DNA of 55,786 nucleotides from an uncultured virus (IMG/VR IMGVR_UViG_3300011008_000014) (lineage: Duplodnaviria; Heunggongvirae; Uroviricota; Caudoviricetes), in IMG/VR virus record IMGVR_UViG_3300011008_000014. One strand, written 5' to 3'. The notes beneath the pieces were generated by a model. That model was not told the origin of the DNA. It did no database searches and saw only the letters and a list, made by a program, of their open reading frames with translations. A program made the position numbers and the translations under genes. Below, in pieces: positions 27,860 through 38,700 of this stretch (position 1 is its first letter; each line of letters begins with the position of its first letter).

Positions 27860-28690
27860 ATGGAAACAAAAGATTTGACCGTGGAGCTGATAACTCCCAC
27901 AATGGCAGAGAACTATCTGAAAGAACAGCGCAACAACAGGGCGATGAAGCCCCGACTGGTGAGCAAGTATGCCCGCATGATGGAAAACGGAAAGTGGCAT
28001 ACCAACGGCGAGACCATCAAGTTTGACATGAACGGCAAGCTGTGCGACGGCCAGCACCGCCTCATGGCCTTGATGCTTGTCGGCAAGGCTTTTCACTTCT
28101 GCGTGGCGCGGAACGTCACGGACGAGGGTATATTGGATATTGACACTGGCGGCAACCGCACGGCTGGCGACATCTTTCAGTTCAACAACATACCCAATGC
28201 AAAGGACTATGCAGCCGCCATACACAAGTATTTCTTTCTCAAGTACCATCAGATTGTGATTGAGAACCCCAATCCTGTCAGCATCCAGTGCAACAACGCG
28301 GAACTGCTCGAGATATACAATAGCAATGTGACCGAATGGCACAGGTGGCTGTTGTTCGCCCGTGGATGCTACAAGCAGTATTACGTCTTGTCGCCCGCCC
28401 TCATCGTGGCCTACAGCTTCTATCTTGTGCATGAATTGAAGCACACCGCAAAGGAGGTGGAAGCGTTCTTTACCCAGCTTTGCTATCAGAAGGATGTGTC
28501 TATGCAGGTTATTACCCTGTTCTTTAGGCGCATGATGCAGGAGCGCGGCATGAAGCGGTCGCGCATGAAGATGACGGCTGGCTACAAGCAGGGTATCTTC
28601 ATCAAGACATGGAATGCCTATGTGACAAAGAAGGATTTGCAGCACTTGACATATAATCCCGACAAAGACAAAGGGATTTGGTTCGTGTAA
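27860..28690 (+). CDS. ParB/Srx-like (DGQHR motif) protein
   Basis: NNR....LVSKYA..M..G.W..NGE.I.FD..G.L.DGQHRL.A...D.G..R. Confidence 0.8.
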   Translation: METKDLTVELITPTMAENYLKEQRNNRAMKPRLVSKYARMMENGKWHTNGETIKFDMNGKLCDGQHRLMALMLVGKAFHFCVARNVTDEGILDIDTGGNRTAGDIFQFNNIPNAKDYAAAIHKYFFLKYHQIVIENPNPVSIQCNNAELLEIYNSNVTEWHRWLLFARGCYKQYYVLSPALIVAYSFYLVHELKHTAKEVEAFFTQLCYQKDVSMQVITLFFRRMMQERGMKRSRMKMTAGYKQGIFIKTWNAYVTKKDLQHLTYNPDKDKGIWFV

Positions 28691-28711
28691 CAGGTCTCTG
28701 AATGGTTGTTT

Positions 28712-28737
28712 AGCGGGGTGCAATGCCCCGCTTTTTT
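28712..28737 (+). terminator. Intrinsic terminator
   Basis: AGCGGGGTGCAATGCCCCGCT followed by a T run. Confidence 0.8.
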
Positions 28738-28847
28738 GTGCTTAAAACGACAAAGTTTTCACCAAACAAAAATTGTGAAAACTAAAATCGGAATATCGCC
28801 GACAGTGCAATTTACTCTCTGTAACTTTGTCGAAAACTATAGTTTTT

Positions 28848-29177
28848 ATGAAGATAGTAAGATGCAAATGGTTTCCCCCCAAGGGGTTCTCGGCAATCAT
28901 GCTGGTGTGGGTGCTGATAGTGAAGCCGAAGGTTGAAGTGACCTCGCGGCTGCTTAATCATGAGGAAATCCACAGCAGGCAGCAGAAGGAGATGTTGGTC
29001 ATCTTCTTTCTGATTTGGTATGGACTGGAGTACCTGTTCAGACTTGCACAGTATCGGAATCATCAGACGGCATACAGGAACATCAGCTTTGAGCGCGAGG
29101 CATACGCCAACCAGTTCAATCTCGGCTATCTGACCGACCGAAAGTTTCTTGCGTGGACTAAGTATCTAAGAACATAA
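28848..29177 (+). CDS. HExxH-containing phage protein (metallopeptidase-like)
   Basis: LLNHEEIH..QQ.E...ISFEREAY; TAACTTTG promoter at 28822-28829. Confidence 0.65.
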   Translation: MKIVRCKWFPPKGFSAIMLVWVLIVKPKVEVTSRLLNHEEIHSRQQKEMLVIFFLIWYGLEYLFRLAQYRNHQTAYRNISFEREAYANQFNLGYLTDRKFLAWTKYLRT

Positions 29178-29199
29178 CATTTCAAAAACAAGTAGTAGT

Positions 29200-29475
29200 A
29201 TGAAAATCGACTTTACGAAAATCAAGGTGCAGGTATCGTTTGACGGTACGCACAAGACGTTTGACGTAGCAAAGAACGTCGGCAATGACATGATGTATAA
29301 CGGCTCGGTAATATCAGACATCGGCTTTGAGGAACTGGCACGGCAAATCTATTACAGCGACGGTGAGGTTGAAATACCGCCACAGTATGCCAAGCCGTTG
29401 TTGCAGGTGATATTGGAAAATAATTATATCGCAGCCATCAAGCGAGAAATGGCGAAGGTTCTGAATGGCCAATAA
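29200..29475 (+). CDS. Hypothetical tail-region protein
   Basis: MKIDF...LA.QIY.S.GEVEI pattern. Confidence 0.7.
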   Translation: MKIDFTKIKVQVSFDGTHKTFDVAKNVGNDMMYNGSVISDIGFEELARQIYYSDGEVEIPPQYAKPLLQVILENNYIAAIKREMAKVLNGQ

Positions 29476-29824
29476 AATAGGGTTCATAATAGAGGGCAAG
29501 GAAATCAGCACGGACGGCACTGGCAGGGTGACGGTGAGGATGCTGAACAGTGACAGGCCGTTTCTTCTCAGCAACGAACTGCCAGTAATCCTAAATTCGA
29601 TAAAGCGGAGCGCGTTCCTTCAACAAGGCTCACAGACTGGATTCGACTACATCCTCGACTTCCCCATTGCTGGCGGTTTCGGATTCCCCTATGCCCTTGA
29701 CTTTGAACTCTTGGATGATGATGACCGTATCATCGTTGAGACGGGATTCAACACGTACACATTCGACTTCCAACTGGAGAAAAGCGTGGGATTCCCATAC
29801 GCTATCGGTTCTGAATTAAGATAA
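29465..29824 (+). CDS. Hypothetical structural protein with GF.Y..DF repeats
   Basis: Four GF(D/P/N).Y-type motifs. Confidence 0.65.
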   Translation: MANKIGFIIEGKEISTDGTGRVTVRMLNSDRPFLLSNELPVILNSIKRSAFLQQGSQTGFDYILDFPIAGGFGFPYALDFELLDDDDRIIVETGFNTYTFDFQLEKSVGFPYAIGSELR

Positions 29825-29841
29825 ACAAAAATATATGTGAT

Positions 29842-30315
29842 ATGGCAGTAAAGAATATCAGCTATGCGGCAAAGAGCCGTGGCGACCTGTGGACGGCTAC
29901 AGATGCCAATGAGATTAAGGAGGTGGTGAACAACAACGCCGCCGAGTTGACTAACCAAGGGCAGCAGATAAACAACATCGGCAATTCCGTTGATTCGCAC
30001 AACCGCGACATCGCAACCTTGATGGGGCGCATCGGACAGGCGGCGCAGGTGCAGCAGACCGTGACGATACAGCCCAATGTTCTGAACAGGTGGGCGAATC
30101 CCGTGACGGCATTGAACATAACGATGGCGAATGGTACTGACGGCCAGCAGAACGAGTACATGCTGGAGTTCACGGTCAGCGGAAACAATTTTGAACTGAC
30201 CTTGAACAGCACGGTACGCTGGTTCGACACCCCGAATTGGGAGAACGGCCACACATACCAAGTATCAATCCTTAACGGCCTTGCAGTGGCAGCGGGATGG
30301 GAGGCCGCTTCCTAA
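29842..30315 (+). CDS. Putative tail-associated protein
   Basis: A.DANEIKEVVN N-terminal motif, beta-rich C-terminus. Confidence 0.65.
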   Translation: MAVKNISYAAKSRGDLWTATDANEIKEVVNNNAAELTNQGQQINNIGNSVDSHNRDIATLMGRIGQAAQVQQTVTIQPNVLNRWANPVTALNITMANGTDGQQNEYMLEFTVSGNNFELTLNSTVRWFDTPNWENGHTYQVSILNGLAVAAGWEAAS

Positions 30316-30437
30316 TGAGTACTTTCAGACGGTATCTGATGATGGTTGCCAATGCCGTGCGGTCATGCTTCGGTAGGGGCATTTGGATTCCAGCGAAGCC
30401 GTGGATAGGCACTGACAGGTGGAGAAACTCACGATGA
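30315..30437 (+). CDS. Small Trp-rich 40-aa protein (not in ORF track)
   Basis: TAATG overlap; RSCFGRGIWIPAKPWIGTDRW, paralogous to 32561..32740. Confidence 0.65.
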   Translation: MSTFRRYLMMVANAVRSCFGRGIWIPAKPWIGTDRWRNSR

Positions 30438-30449
30438 TTATAGACAGAT

Positions 30450-32558
30450 ATGGAAACATTCAGAATCGGTAATGACATCAAGGTAACGTGGCCTATCATC
30501 ACCAACGGCGAGGAGGTGGACTTGGAAGGCCGCGACCTTTCGCTCATACTGCAAGACAGGTATGGCGGCAAAAAGAATGTGGCATTTGGCCGTGTGCGGA
30601 ACGCCATAGTATTCACTTTCTATGCCACCGAGCAGAAGCTGACGGGCGTATATACGCTGACGCTGGTAGAGAACAGCGGGCAGGCTGGCATGGCTACCAT
30701 CGACAGGGTGCAGGTGTTCAACCTTATAGCCCGTGACAGCAGCGACGGCAGCAATACACCCGTTGAATTGTCCGTGCCTACTGGCTACCTGCAAGTGGGC
30801 GTACAGGGCATGTCGGCATACGAGATAGCGGTTAGGCACGGCTATCAAGGCACGGAGGCCGAATGGATTAGCCAGTACATGAACGCCGAGGAAAGGGCTA
30901 CGGTGGTCATCAACGAGACCAGCGAGAATGAAGAAGCCCGAAAACTGGCAGAACTGGAAAGACAGGAGGCCGAGCGTGACCGTGACGAAGCAGAACAGCA
31001 AAGGCAGGAGGCAGAACAGCAGCGTCAATCCACCTTCGACGATAACGAAGAAAGCAGGGCGCAGCAGTTCACCGAATCCCAGCAGTCACGGCAGGATGCC
31101 TTTGAGCGTGGCGAACAGGAAAGGAAGGACACCTTCGATGCCGCTGAACTTGAACGCGAAAAGGCCGAAAGGCGCAGAAGGGAATATGACCAGTCACATG
31201 CCGACGCAGAGGATGAACGTACAGAACTTTTCCAGCAAGGCCAGCGTGAGCGTGAACAGCAGTTCGCGCAGGCACAGGACAGCCGTGCTTCCGTGTTCAA
31301 CGAGAACGAGTCCACACGCCAGCAGACCCATGAAGCGGCCATGCGCAACAGGCAGGCTGGATATGAGTCGGCTGAATCGCAGAGGCAGCATACCTTCGAC
31401 ACCAACGAATCGGAAAGGATTGGTACATTCGATGCCAATGAAGCCCAGCGTCAAAAGACCGCAAAGGACAATCAGAAGGAACAGAAGGAAACCTTTGATG
31501 CCGACGAGCAGGGACGCACGGACACCTTCAACCGCAACGAAGCCCAAAGGCAGCAGACCGCCGAGGATGCAGAACGCCAAAGGGCTGAGACCTTCGCCGC
31601 TGGTGAACAGGAGCGTGACGGTGCTGATGACCAAAGGCAGGAGAATGAACACATCCGCCAAGAGAACGAGAAGCAAAGGCAGTGGAACGAAAGCGACCGC
31701 AAAAAGACAGAAGCGCAGCGTGACGCAGAACACAGGGAGCGCATGTCTGAAATGGAGTCGCTGGGCAACACGCTTGATGCCGACAATACCCGACGGAACG
31801 AGGCAGAGCGTCTGCGCAGGGCTGCTGAATCCGAAAGGGCTGAAAACGAACAGGACAGGCAGGCCAAGGAAACCATACGCCAGCAGAAGCAATCCGAATA
31901 CGCACAGAACGAAGCCGAAAGGCAGGGCAATGAAAACACCCGCGACCAGCAAGAGACCGTAAGGCAGCGTAATGAAGCCACACGGCAGCAGAACGAGGCC
32001 ACAAGGCAGGCCAATGAAAGTGACAGAAGCCTCGCGGAAGCACGGCGACAGGCCAACGAGACCCTTCGCCAGCAGGCAAGCATCAACCATTTCTATGTGA
32101 ACAATGAAGAGGTGGAGCGCGGCGAGGGCAACAGTGTGGATATTACCATTCCAAGGCGGCTGCAAGACCTTTCCGACGGCAACAGGATTACCCAGCTGGA
32201 GAATGCCCTTAATGCGCTGATAGGTGCTGATGACGTGACACAGGCCATCGACACATTCAATGAGGTTGCGGCTTTCTTGAGCGGCATAAGCGACACTACC
32301 CTGCAAACGCTTCTTAACGGCATATCGCAGGCTGTGACAAGCGGGCTTTCGGGTGAGCGTGAACGTGCCGAGGGTGCTGAACAGGCCATTAGGACGCTGG
32401 TACAGACACTTAGGACGTACATCGACTCAGAACTGGCGAAACGCCCGCCAATCTTCGCCGAGACAATGGAAGAATACAATGCCTTGTCACAGGCTGAGAA
32501 GATGGAAGGGCTGCATTTCATCTATGAAGAAGTTGATGATGAAGAAGAGGAGGAGTAG
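30450..32558 (+). CDS. Long coiled-coil tail fibre/neck-like protein
   Basis: N-terminal beta domain, GMSAYEIAV..GY.GTE.EW motif, ~400 aa of E/Q/R-rich repeats, IDTFNEV..FL.G motif. Confidence 0.7.
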   Translation: METFRIGNDIKVTWPIITNGEEVDLEGRDLSLILQDRYGGKKNVAFGRVRNAIVFTFYATEQKLTGVYTLTLVENSGQAGMATIDRVQVFNLIARDSSDGSNTPVELSVPTGYLQVGVQGMSAYEIAVRHGYQGTEAEWISQYMNAEERATVVINETSENEEARKLAELERQEAERDRDEAEQQRQEAEQQRQSTFDDNEESRAQQFTESQQSRQDAFERGEQERKDTFDAAELEREKAERRRREYDQSHADAEDERTELFQQGQREREQQFAQAQDSRASVFNENESTRQQTHEAAMRNRQAGYESAESQRQHTFDTNESERIGTFDANEAQRQKTAKDNQKEQKETFDADEQGRTDTFNRNEAQRQQTAEDAERQRAETFAAGEQERDGADDQRQENEHIRQENEKQRQWNESDRKKTEAQRDAEHRERMSEMESLGNTLDADNTRRNEAERLRRAAESERAENEQDRQAKETIRQQKQSEYAQNEAERQGNENTRDQQETVRQRNEATRQQNEATRQANESDRSLAEARRQANETLRQQASINHFYVNNEEVERGEGNSVDITIPRRLQDLSDGNRITQLENALNALIGADDVTQAIDTFNEVAAFLSGISDTTLQTLLNGISQAVTSGLSGERERAEGAEQAIRTLVQTLRTYIDSELAKRPPIFAETMEEYNALSQAEKMEGLHFIYEEVDDEEEEE

Positions 32559-32560
32559 CC

Positions 32561-32740
32561 ATGCTGTTGCGTAAGGGAAAGGAAGCCGTTGCCATGTTTC
32601 ACTTGGATATGGCCATCGGGTTTGTCTATTACAAGGGCAAGGTTGTTTGGCAGGCCATAAGAAGCTGTTTCGGCAGCGGACTGTGGAAGCCAAGGAAGCC
32701 GTGGGTCAATACTGAGAAATGGAAGATTCGCAAGTTATAA
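32561..32740 (+). CDS. Small Trp-rich 59-aa protein (not in ORF track)
   Basis: VWQAIRSCFGSGLWKPRKPWVNTEKW; paralog of 30315..30437. Confidence 0.7.
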   Translation: MLLRKGKEAVAMFHLDMAIGFVYYKGKVVWQAIRSCFGSGLWKPRKPWVNTEKWKIRKL

Positions 32741-32759
32741 ACCCCTAATTAGGATTATT

Positions 32760-35700
32760 ATGGCAGATATTGTTAATTTGCAAGAGGCGTGGGAAAACCA
32801 CACTGGCCTCGAAGTCGAAGCCTTCATAAAGAAGGAGTTCGGCAAAAGGGCGGGCGCAGTCAGATGGGTGCAGGACGGTACGTTCTACAACATTCAGATT
32901 TTCGCGTCTGCGGCTGACAAGGCCGCTTACATCAGCGACCCTGTGGAAAATGCAGCACTGCTCCTCGACGAGCAGCAACTGCCTATCTCGTCAACGACGA
33001 GTGACAGCTATGTCGCCCGTCTGTACTGTAACCGTGACACGTCAAAGAACTATGCCGTAAAGGACGGCGATTCGTTTGAGGCCAGCCTAAGATTCTCGGC
33101 CTTGCACATCATCGCAGCCACCAGTGAACAGGAGGGCATGAGCGGAAACGGAACGCTTATCATCGAAAGAAGCACCGACGGCAGCACATGGACGCGGGTA
33201 GCCACACAGTCCATTGCCAGTTCAGACCCGACGGCGGAGAACTTCCCAACGACGGTAGATGTCGGGAAATACCTGCTGACAGGCCGACAGAACTACATCC
33301 GCTTGAGGGCTACCTTCGGATATACAGACCCAAGCGGTGCTGATTCCACGATGGCCAGCGGCAACGTCATCCTTATCATCACGTCCGTATCGCTGGCAGT
33401 GACCCTACAGACGAACTGGGCGCAGCCCGTACAGGCAAGCCAGCTTACATCGCTTCCGCTGAACTTTATGATTGAGGGCGCGGTGGCCAAGACCCTGCAT
33501 ATACAGGTGTCGGGCGTTGACGGCTACAGCGGCCACGATGACACGGTGGACTATACGGCGGCACAGGAAGGCAGCATGACGGTGCAGTGCCAAGACGGTG
33601 CTGGAACGAAGGGCATCCTCCGTACTGGAGTGCATACCGTGACGGCATGGCTTACCGCTGATGACGGAAACGGCGGCACAATCACTTCGGATGTCATCTC
33701 CCACCAGCTTATGATGGTGAACACCAACCAGCCATCGACCTTGATGCAGCCCCGCCTGCTGATTCAGAGCGTCGCAAGCAAGGTTGACAACTTCGTGCAG
33801 GGCAGGGTGTGCCAGTTCGCAGTCTATTCGCCTAAACTCGTTGACGGCACATATACCAACCAAGGCGACCCCGTTACATTCTCCATGCTGCTGACGGACA
33901 GAAGCGACAACATCCTTACCACCAGTCAGACGGAGTACTTCAACCAAGAGTTCACGGCATCGGCAGGTGTGCAGTACGACTTGAACGCCACGATGGAAAT
34001 CGAGCAGAACGCTGGCGAGGTTGCGGCTTCGCAGTTCGACACTTTCCTCCATGCGACGAGGATGGTCGGCGGCACAAAGACGGACTTCCTTGCCGACAGC
34101 TACGGCACGGGCTATATGTACGTCAAGGTTGACAATACGGGCGGCTACCAGCCGACGGCAGGCTCGGTGTTCCTGCTGAACCCCAAGACGCGCAACAACT
34201 CGGAGGCCAACCCCAAGCGCATCCTTAACGCACGGAACAACAATGCCGTGGTGGATAGCGTGTGGAGTGACAGCTTCAAGATGGACGGCACGGACGGCTG
34301 GACGGTTGACGATGACGGCAACAAGGTACTGAGAATCCCTGCGGGGTGTCAGCTGAACATCAGATACAACCCCTTTGCACAGTTCATCAGCAGCCCCGAC
34401 TCAACGATGACGATAGACCTTGATTTCTGTGTGCGCAACGTCGTTAATGAGGATGACCCCATCATCCAGCTTTGCGAGACGCTTGATGCAGCGAAGGGAA
34501 CATTCCTCGGCCTGCGTATGCGCCCGATGGTGGGTACTATGGCATCCGCACTTTCCGAGGGCGTAGAGACAGAGACCGACTTCCGATGGTCTGAGGACAG
34601 GCGCACACATGTTTCAATCAACATCGTGCCTAACGTAGCACCGAACACATACGGCGACGGACTGGCGGTAGCAGCCGACCAAAGCAAGGCACGTGGAACG
34701 CTGAACCTTGTGCGCGTGTTCATCAACGGTGTCATCAACCGCGAACTGCGATTCAGCACCGAATCGGGCGCGAAGGAGTTCTGTACCGCTGCACTTTCAA
34801 ACGGCGGCTTCATCATCGGACAGGCTGGCGCGGACATCGACATCTACGGCATCCGCATTTGGGATAACACGGCACAAGCCATCGACCCCAAGGCGGCTGT
34901 TCAGAACTATATCTCGACCCTTCCGACCAGCGAGGAGAAAATCCGCGTGAAGAATGCCAATGCCATCACCAAGACCAACGGCCTTATTTCACTGGAGGCA
35001 TGTCAAGCCAACGGATTGCGCACGATGGTATGGCACGGCGTTGAGCCGTACATCAAGGAAACCAGCGGCTCTAAGGGCTGGCTGGAGTTGAAGTGCTACG
35101 ACTATGACGGCAACTATCTTCCCGAATGTTCGGGTACTATCTGCAAGGAGACCAAATCCCTCAAGCCGAAGCGACAGGGTACGACGGCCAACACCTACTA
35201 TTACAGTAACCTGCAATTCAAGCTGGGCGATGTCGAAAGCACCATCCTTGTTGCACTGGCAGACTTCCACTCCTCGATTGTCGTTGGCGCACCGCATGAT
35301 GACGGCGAGGGCAACATGGTAGTCAGCATCTACGGCGGCAACCTCGGCAGCGACTTCCCCGTAGGCAACGGAACGAAGGATTACCCCTATGCCGACGGCT
35401 ATGTGACAGTACCCGACGGATGGGTTGACGGAAACGGCAAGTACCGTGGCAAGGGCTACATGATTTCGCCCAACCAGCCGCTTGCACAGAAACTCGTCTT
35501 GAAAATCAACTACGCCTCTTCGATGCAGTCGCACCTTATCGGCGTGAACTGGCTTTATCACGAACTGCATACCCGCTTCTGCGGTCAGAACAGCTTGCAG
35601 CGTGACACACCTACGGCACTCACGGCAAAGCACACAGAACCTGTCATGTTCTTCACTGCTGGCGTGAATGACGAAGACCCTGCTTCCGCTGTCTATCGCG

Positions 35701-38700
35701 GGCCTGGGGCTTTCGGGCCTGGAAAGATGGATAAGCCCACATGGGGCTACAGCAAGAAGGCTTCCAAGATTACGACTGTCGGTGATGCCCACTACAGACC
35801 CGACGGCCATGACTATTTCGCTATGGCAGAGGGCGCGAACAACAACACCATCCTTAGTGATATGGTTGCACCGTGGGATGACGTGGCACACGGAAACCAA
35901 GAGGCCAAGGTGTTCTATGACCCAAGCGCAGAATCGTGGATGTACCGCAAACGTACCGCCGTCGATGTGGTGGACGAGAACACTGGCGCAGTGACAGGGC
36001 AGACCATCAGCACGACGGCTGAGAAGTGTGTTGGGTTTGACGCTGGCGCAGTCGATGAGGTGGAATCGGGCGGCGAGACGCTTGAATACCCCAAGGCAAG
36101 AATCACCAACATCTACAAGGCCGCATGGAATTTCCTGTACCTGCACAATCCGCGTATCAACCTGTACCGTGGCACGTTTGCACAGCTTCAGCAGGAGAAC
36201 CTCACCGACTATCAGAAGAAAGAGAAGTGGTGGTGTCGCTCGAATGCCGGAACGGACACGGACGATTACAAGCTGAAACGCTGGGATTTCTACGAGATGG
36301 GCTGGGTGGACGCTGGCCTGTGGAACGGCAGCAGCTACGATGCCGTTGACATCAGAGAATACACTGGCATGAACTGGAGCAGCATGACCGACGCACAGAA
36401 AGCCGACCATGCAGCCGTGAACGAAAAGCTGATTTCGTGCGTGGTGGCAGATGCAAAGTCGCATATCGGCGAATACTTCAAGGAGTCATCACTCAAGTTC
36501 CACTACTGCTTTGAGAACCACTTCATCGCTGGTACTGACAACTGTAGTAAGAACACCTACTATGTCATCGACCCCGTTACGCACCTTATCGAACTGCACC
36601 AAGATGACGTTGATACCGTGCTGGCTACCGACAACAACGGCTTCCAGTCCAAGCCGTACTATGTTGACCGTATGCACCCGTGGGATGACAAAGACACTGG
36701 TCATACCGATTGCTGCTATGAAGGCCGTCAGAATACGCTCTTCAACCTCTGCGAGGAAATGTGGGAAAACACGCATGAACTCAGCGCGGCAATGAACAGC
36801 ATCCTGTCGCTGATGGCACAGCTTACGGGCGGCATCGGCTCGGCAGAAAGTGACACGATGAGCGGTGTGTGGAAGACCATTAACCGCTATATCTTCGACA
36901 TCCAGCGTTACTTCCCGCAGGTGGCCTACAACGAGGCAGCGCGAATCCGCTATGAGTTCCCCGCCATGCTGGGCTTCTTAGGCCGTGACACCATCGACCC
37001 GCTTACGCAGTCTATGGGAGACCAGTTGGAATCGGAGTTGCAGTTTATGAACCGCCGCCTTGTCTATATGGCATCCTATGCAGTGTTCGGTGAGTTCCTT
37101 CCTTCGCAGTCATCAGCCCGCAACGGCCTTACAGGACTTGCAGACGCATCGGCTTCGATGGCTTTCAATGCAAAGGCACTGCCCGACGGACAGACAACGC
37201 CGACCTACACGTTCAAGGTCAAGCCGCACCAGTATATCTATCCGTGCTTCGGTTTCCAAACGGATTCCAAGCCGACATATACCCGCGTCGCACCGAATGA
37301 GGTACTGGAGTACACCGTGCCAAGCGTGGTGATTTCGGATAACGGCGTTTCGCTGTTCGGTCTTAACTACTTCCGCTCCGTCGGCAACATCGGCGATATG
37401 TCATGCGACCCCAACATCGCATTCAACCTTGATGGCCGTCGCCTTACGGAACTGATAGCAGAGCCCACCATCTACTACCCGACACCTGCGACACTGGCCA
37501 GCAACCCGTCTGCAACGACGCGCACGACACCAGCGGCAGGATATGAGCCAGCATTCAGACCCGCATCATTCCGTATTGCCACGGGTACGCGACTCAAGAA
37601 GCTGTCACTGAAAGGATGTTCTACCCTGTCATCGACTGAACGCGCACCGCTGAACCTGTCGGCTCTGACGCTGTGCGAGGAGATTGACCTGCGGCAGACC
37701 AGTATCGGTGCTGTGACTGTTCCGCAGACGGCATCGCTGACAACTATGCGACTGCCAGCCGCCATCACCGCCCTCAGTCTGACAAGCCAGCCAAGCCTTG
37801 AAACACTTTCCATCGAAAGCGGCTCACTGCTTGCATCACTGACCGTTACAGGCAGTCCGAATCTGAACGTACAGCAGATGCTCAGAAACATCTACGACGA
37901 GCGTTCCGCTGGCGGTCACACGCCTACAGCCCTTACGCTGCTTCACCTTGCCGATGTCAACTGGACTGACACAAAGGCCGACATGCTGATGTGGCTGGCT
38001 GGTTCTGTAACGTGCAACATGTACGGAAAGGTTGTCATGCTCCGTGCCACCAATGACCGATGGCTGTCATTCTCCGAGGTCATCCAACTTATACGGAAGT
38101 TCGGCGATATTCAGACCGTGCCGAGCGGCATACCTACAGACCGCCTGTATATCGACTATCAGAAGCGTGACGTGAACGGCGTGACCATCAAGGGCGACAA
38201 GTACCTATACACGCTTGGAACACATAACGACTGGAGCGCGGCGACTACAAATGACGTTGGCAACAATGTGGGCGTCAGCGGTGGCCGCGAGGCAGTGACG
38301 TTTGCGATTGTCGAGGCTGCGGCAGCGGAATATGCGGAGATTACCGATGCCGTGAAAGGTACGGTGAACGTGAAAAAGACGTATGCCTACAACGAATACC
38401 GTACATTCACCCTGCGTATGACGGTGACACTGCTGGACGGCACTGTTATGACCTATGACAAGAAGGTGGGATTCCACAAACGACTGCCTAAGATTGGCGA
38501 TTTCGCCTATGCCAACGGCGGATTTGATGACGAGTTCGACGCATCGAAGGAACTTGTTGGTACTATCGTGAAGATTGATGAACTGTCGGCTTCACAGCGC
38601 AAGTTGTGGGTATATGCCAAGGAGAATGCCAACCTGCGTAGTTCGGACGGAACGTACAACACCAGTGCGCATGTGTGGGGTATCTATCCCGACGATTCGG

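Noticed and set aside
17633..32558. Second DGR variable region in other tail genes
   Set aside because: No further copy of the TR 3' sequence (GTAGTTCGCCCTGTGGCCGCA) was seen by eye in this window
30928..36464. Long alternative-frame and antisense ORFs (30928..31962, 31194..32306, 34989..36464)
   Set aside because: Shadows of repetitive or GC-rich coding genes; no protein-like features
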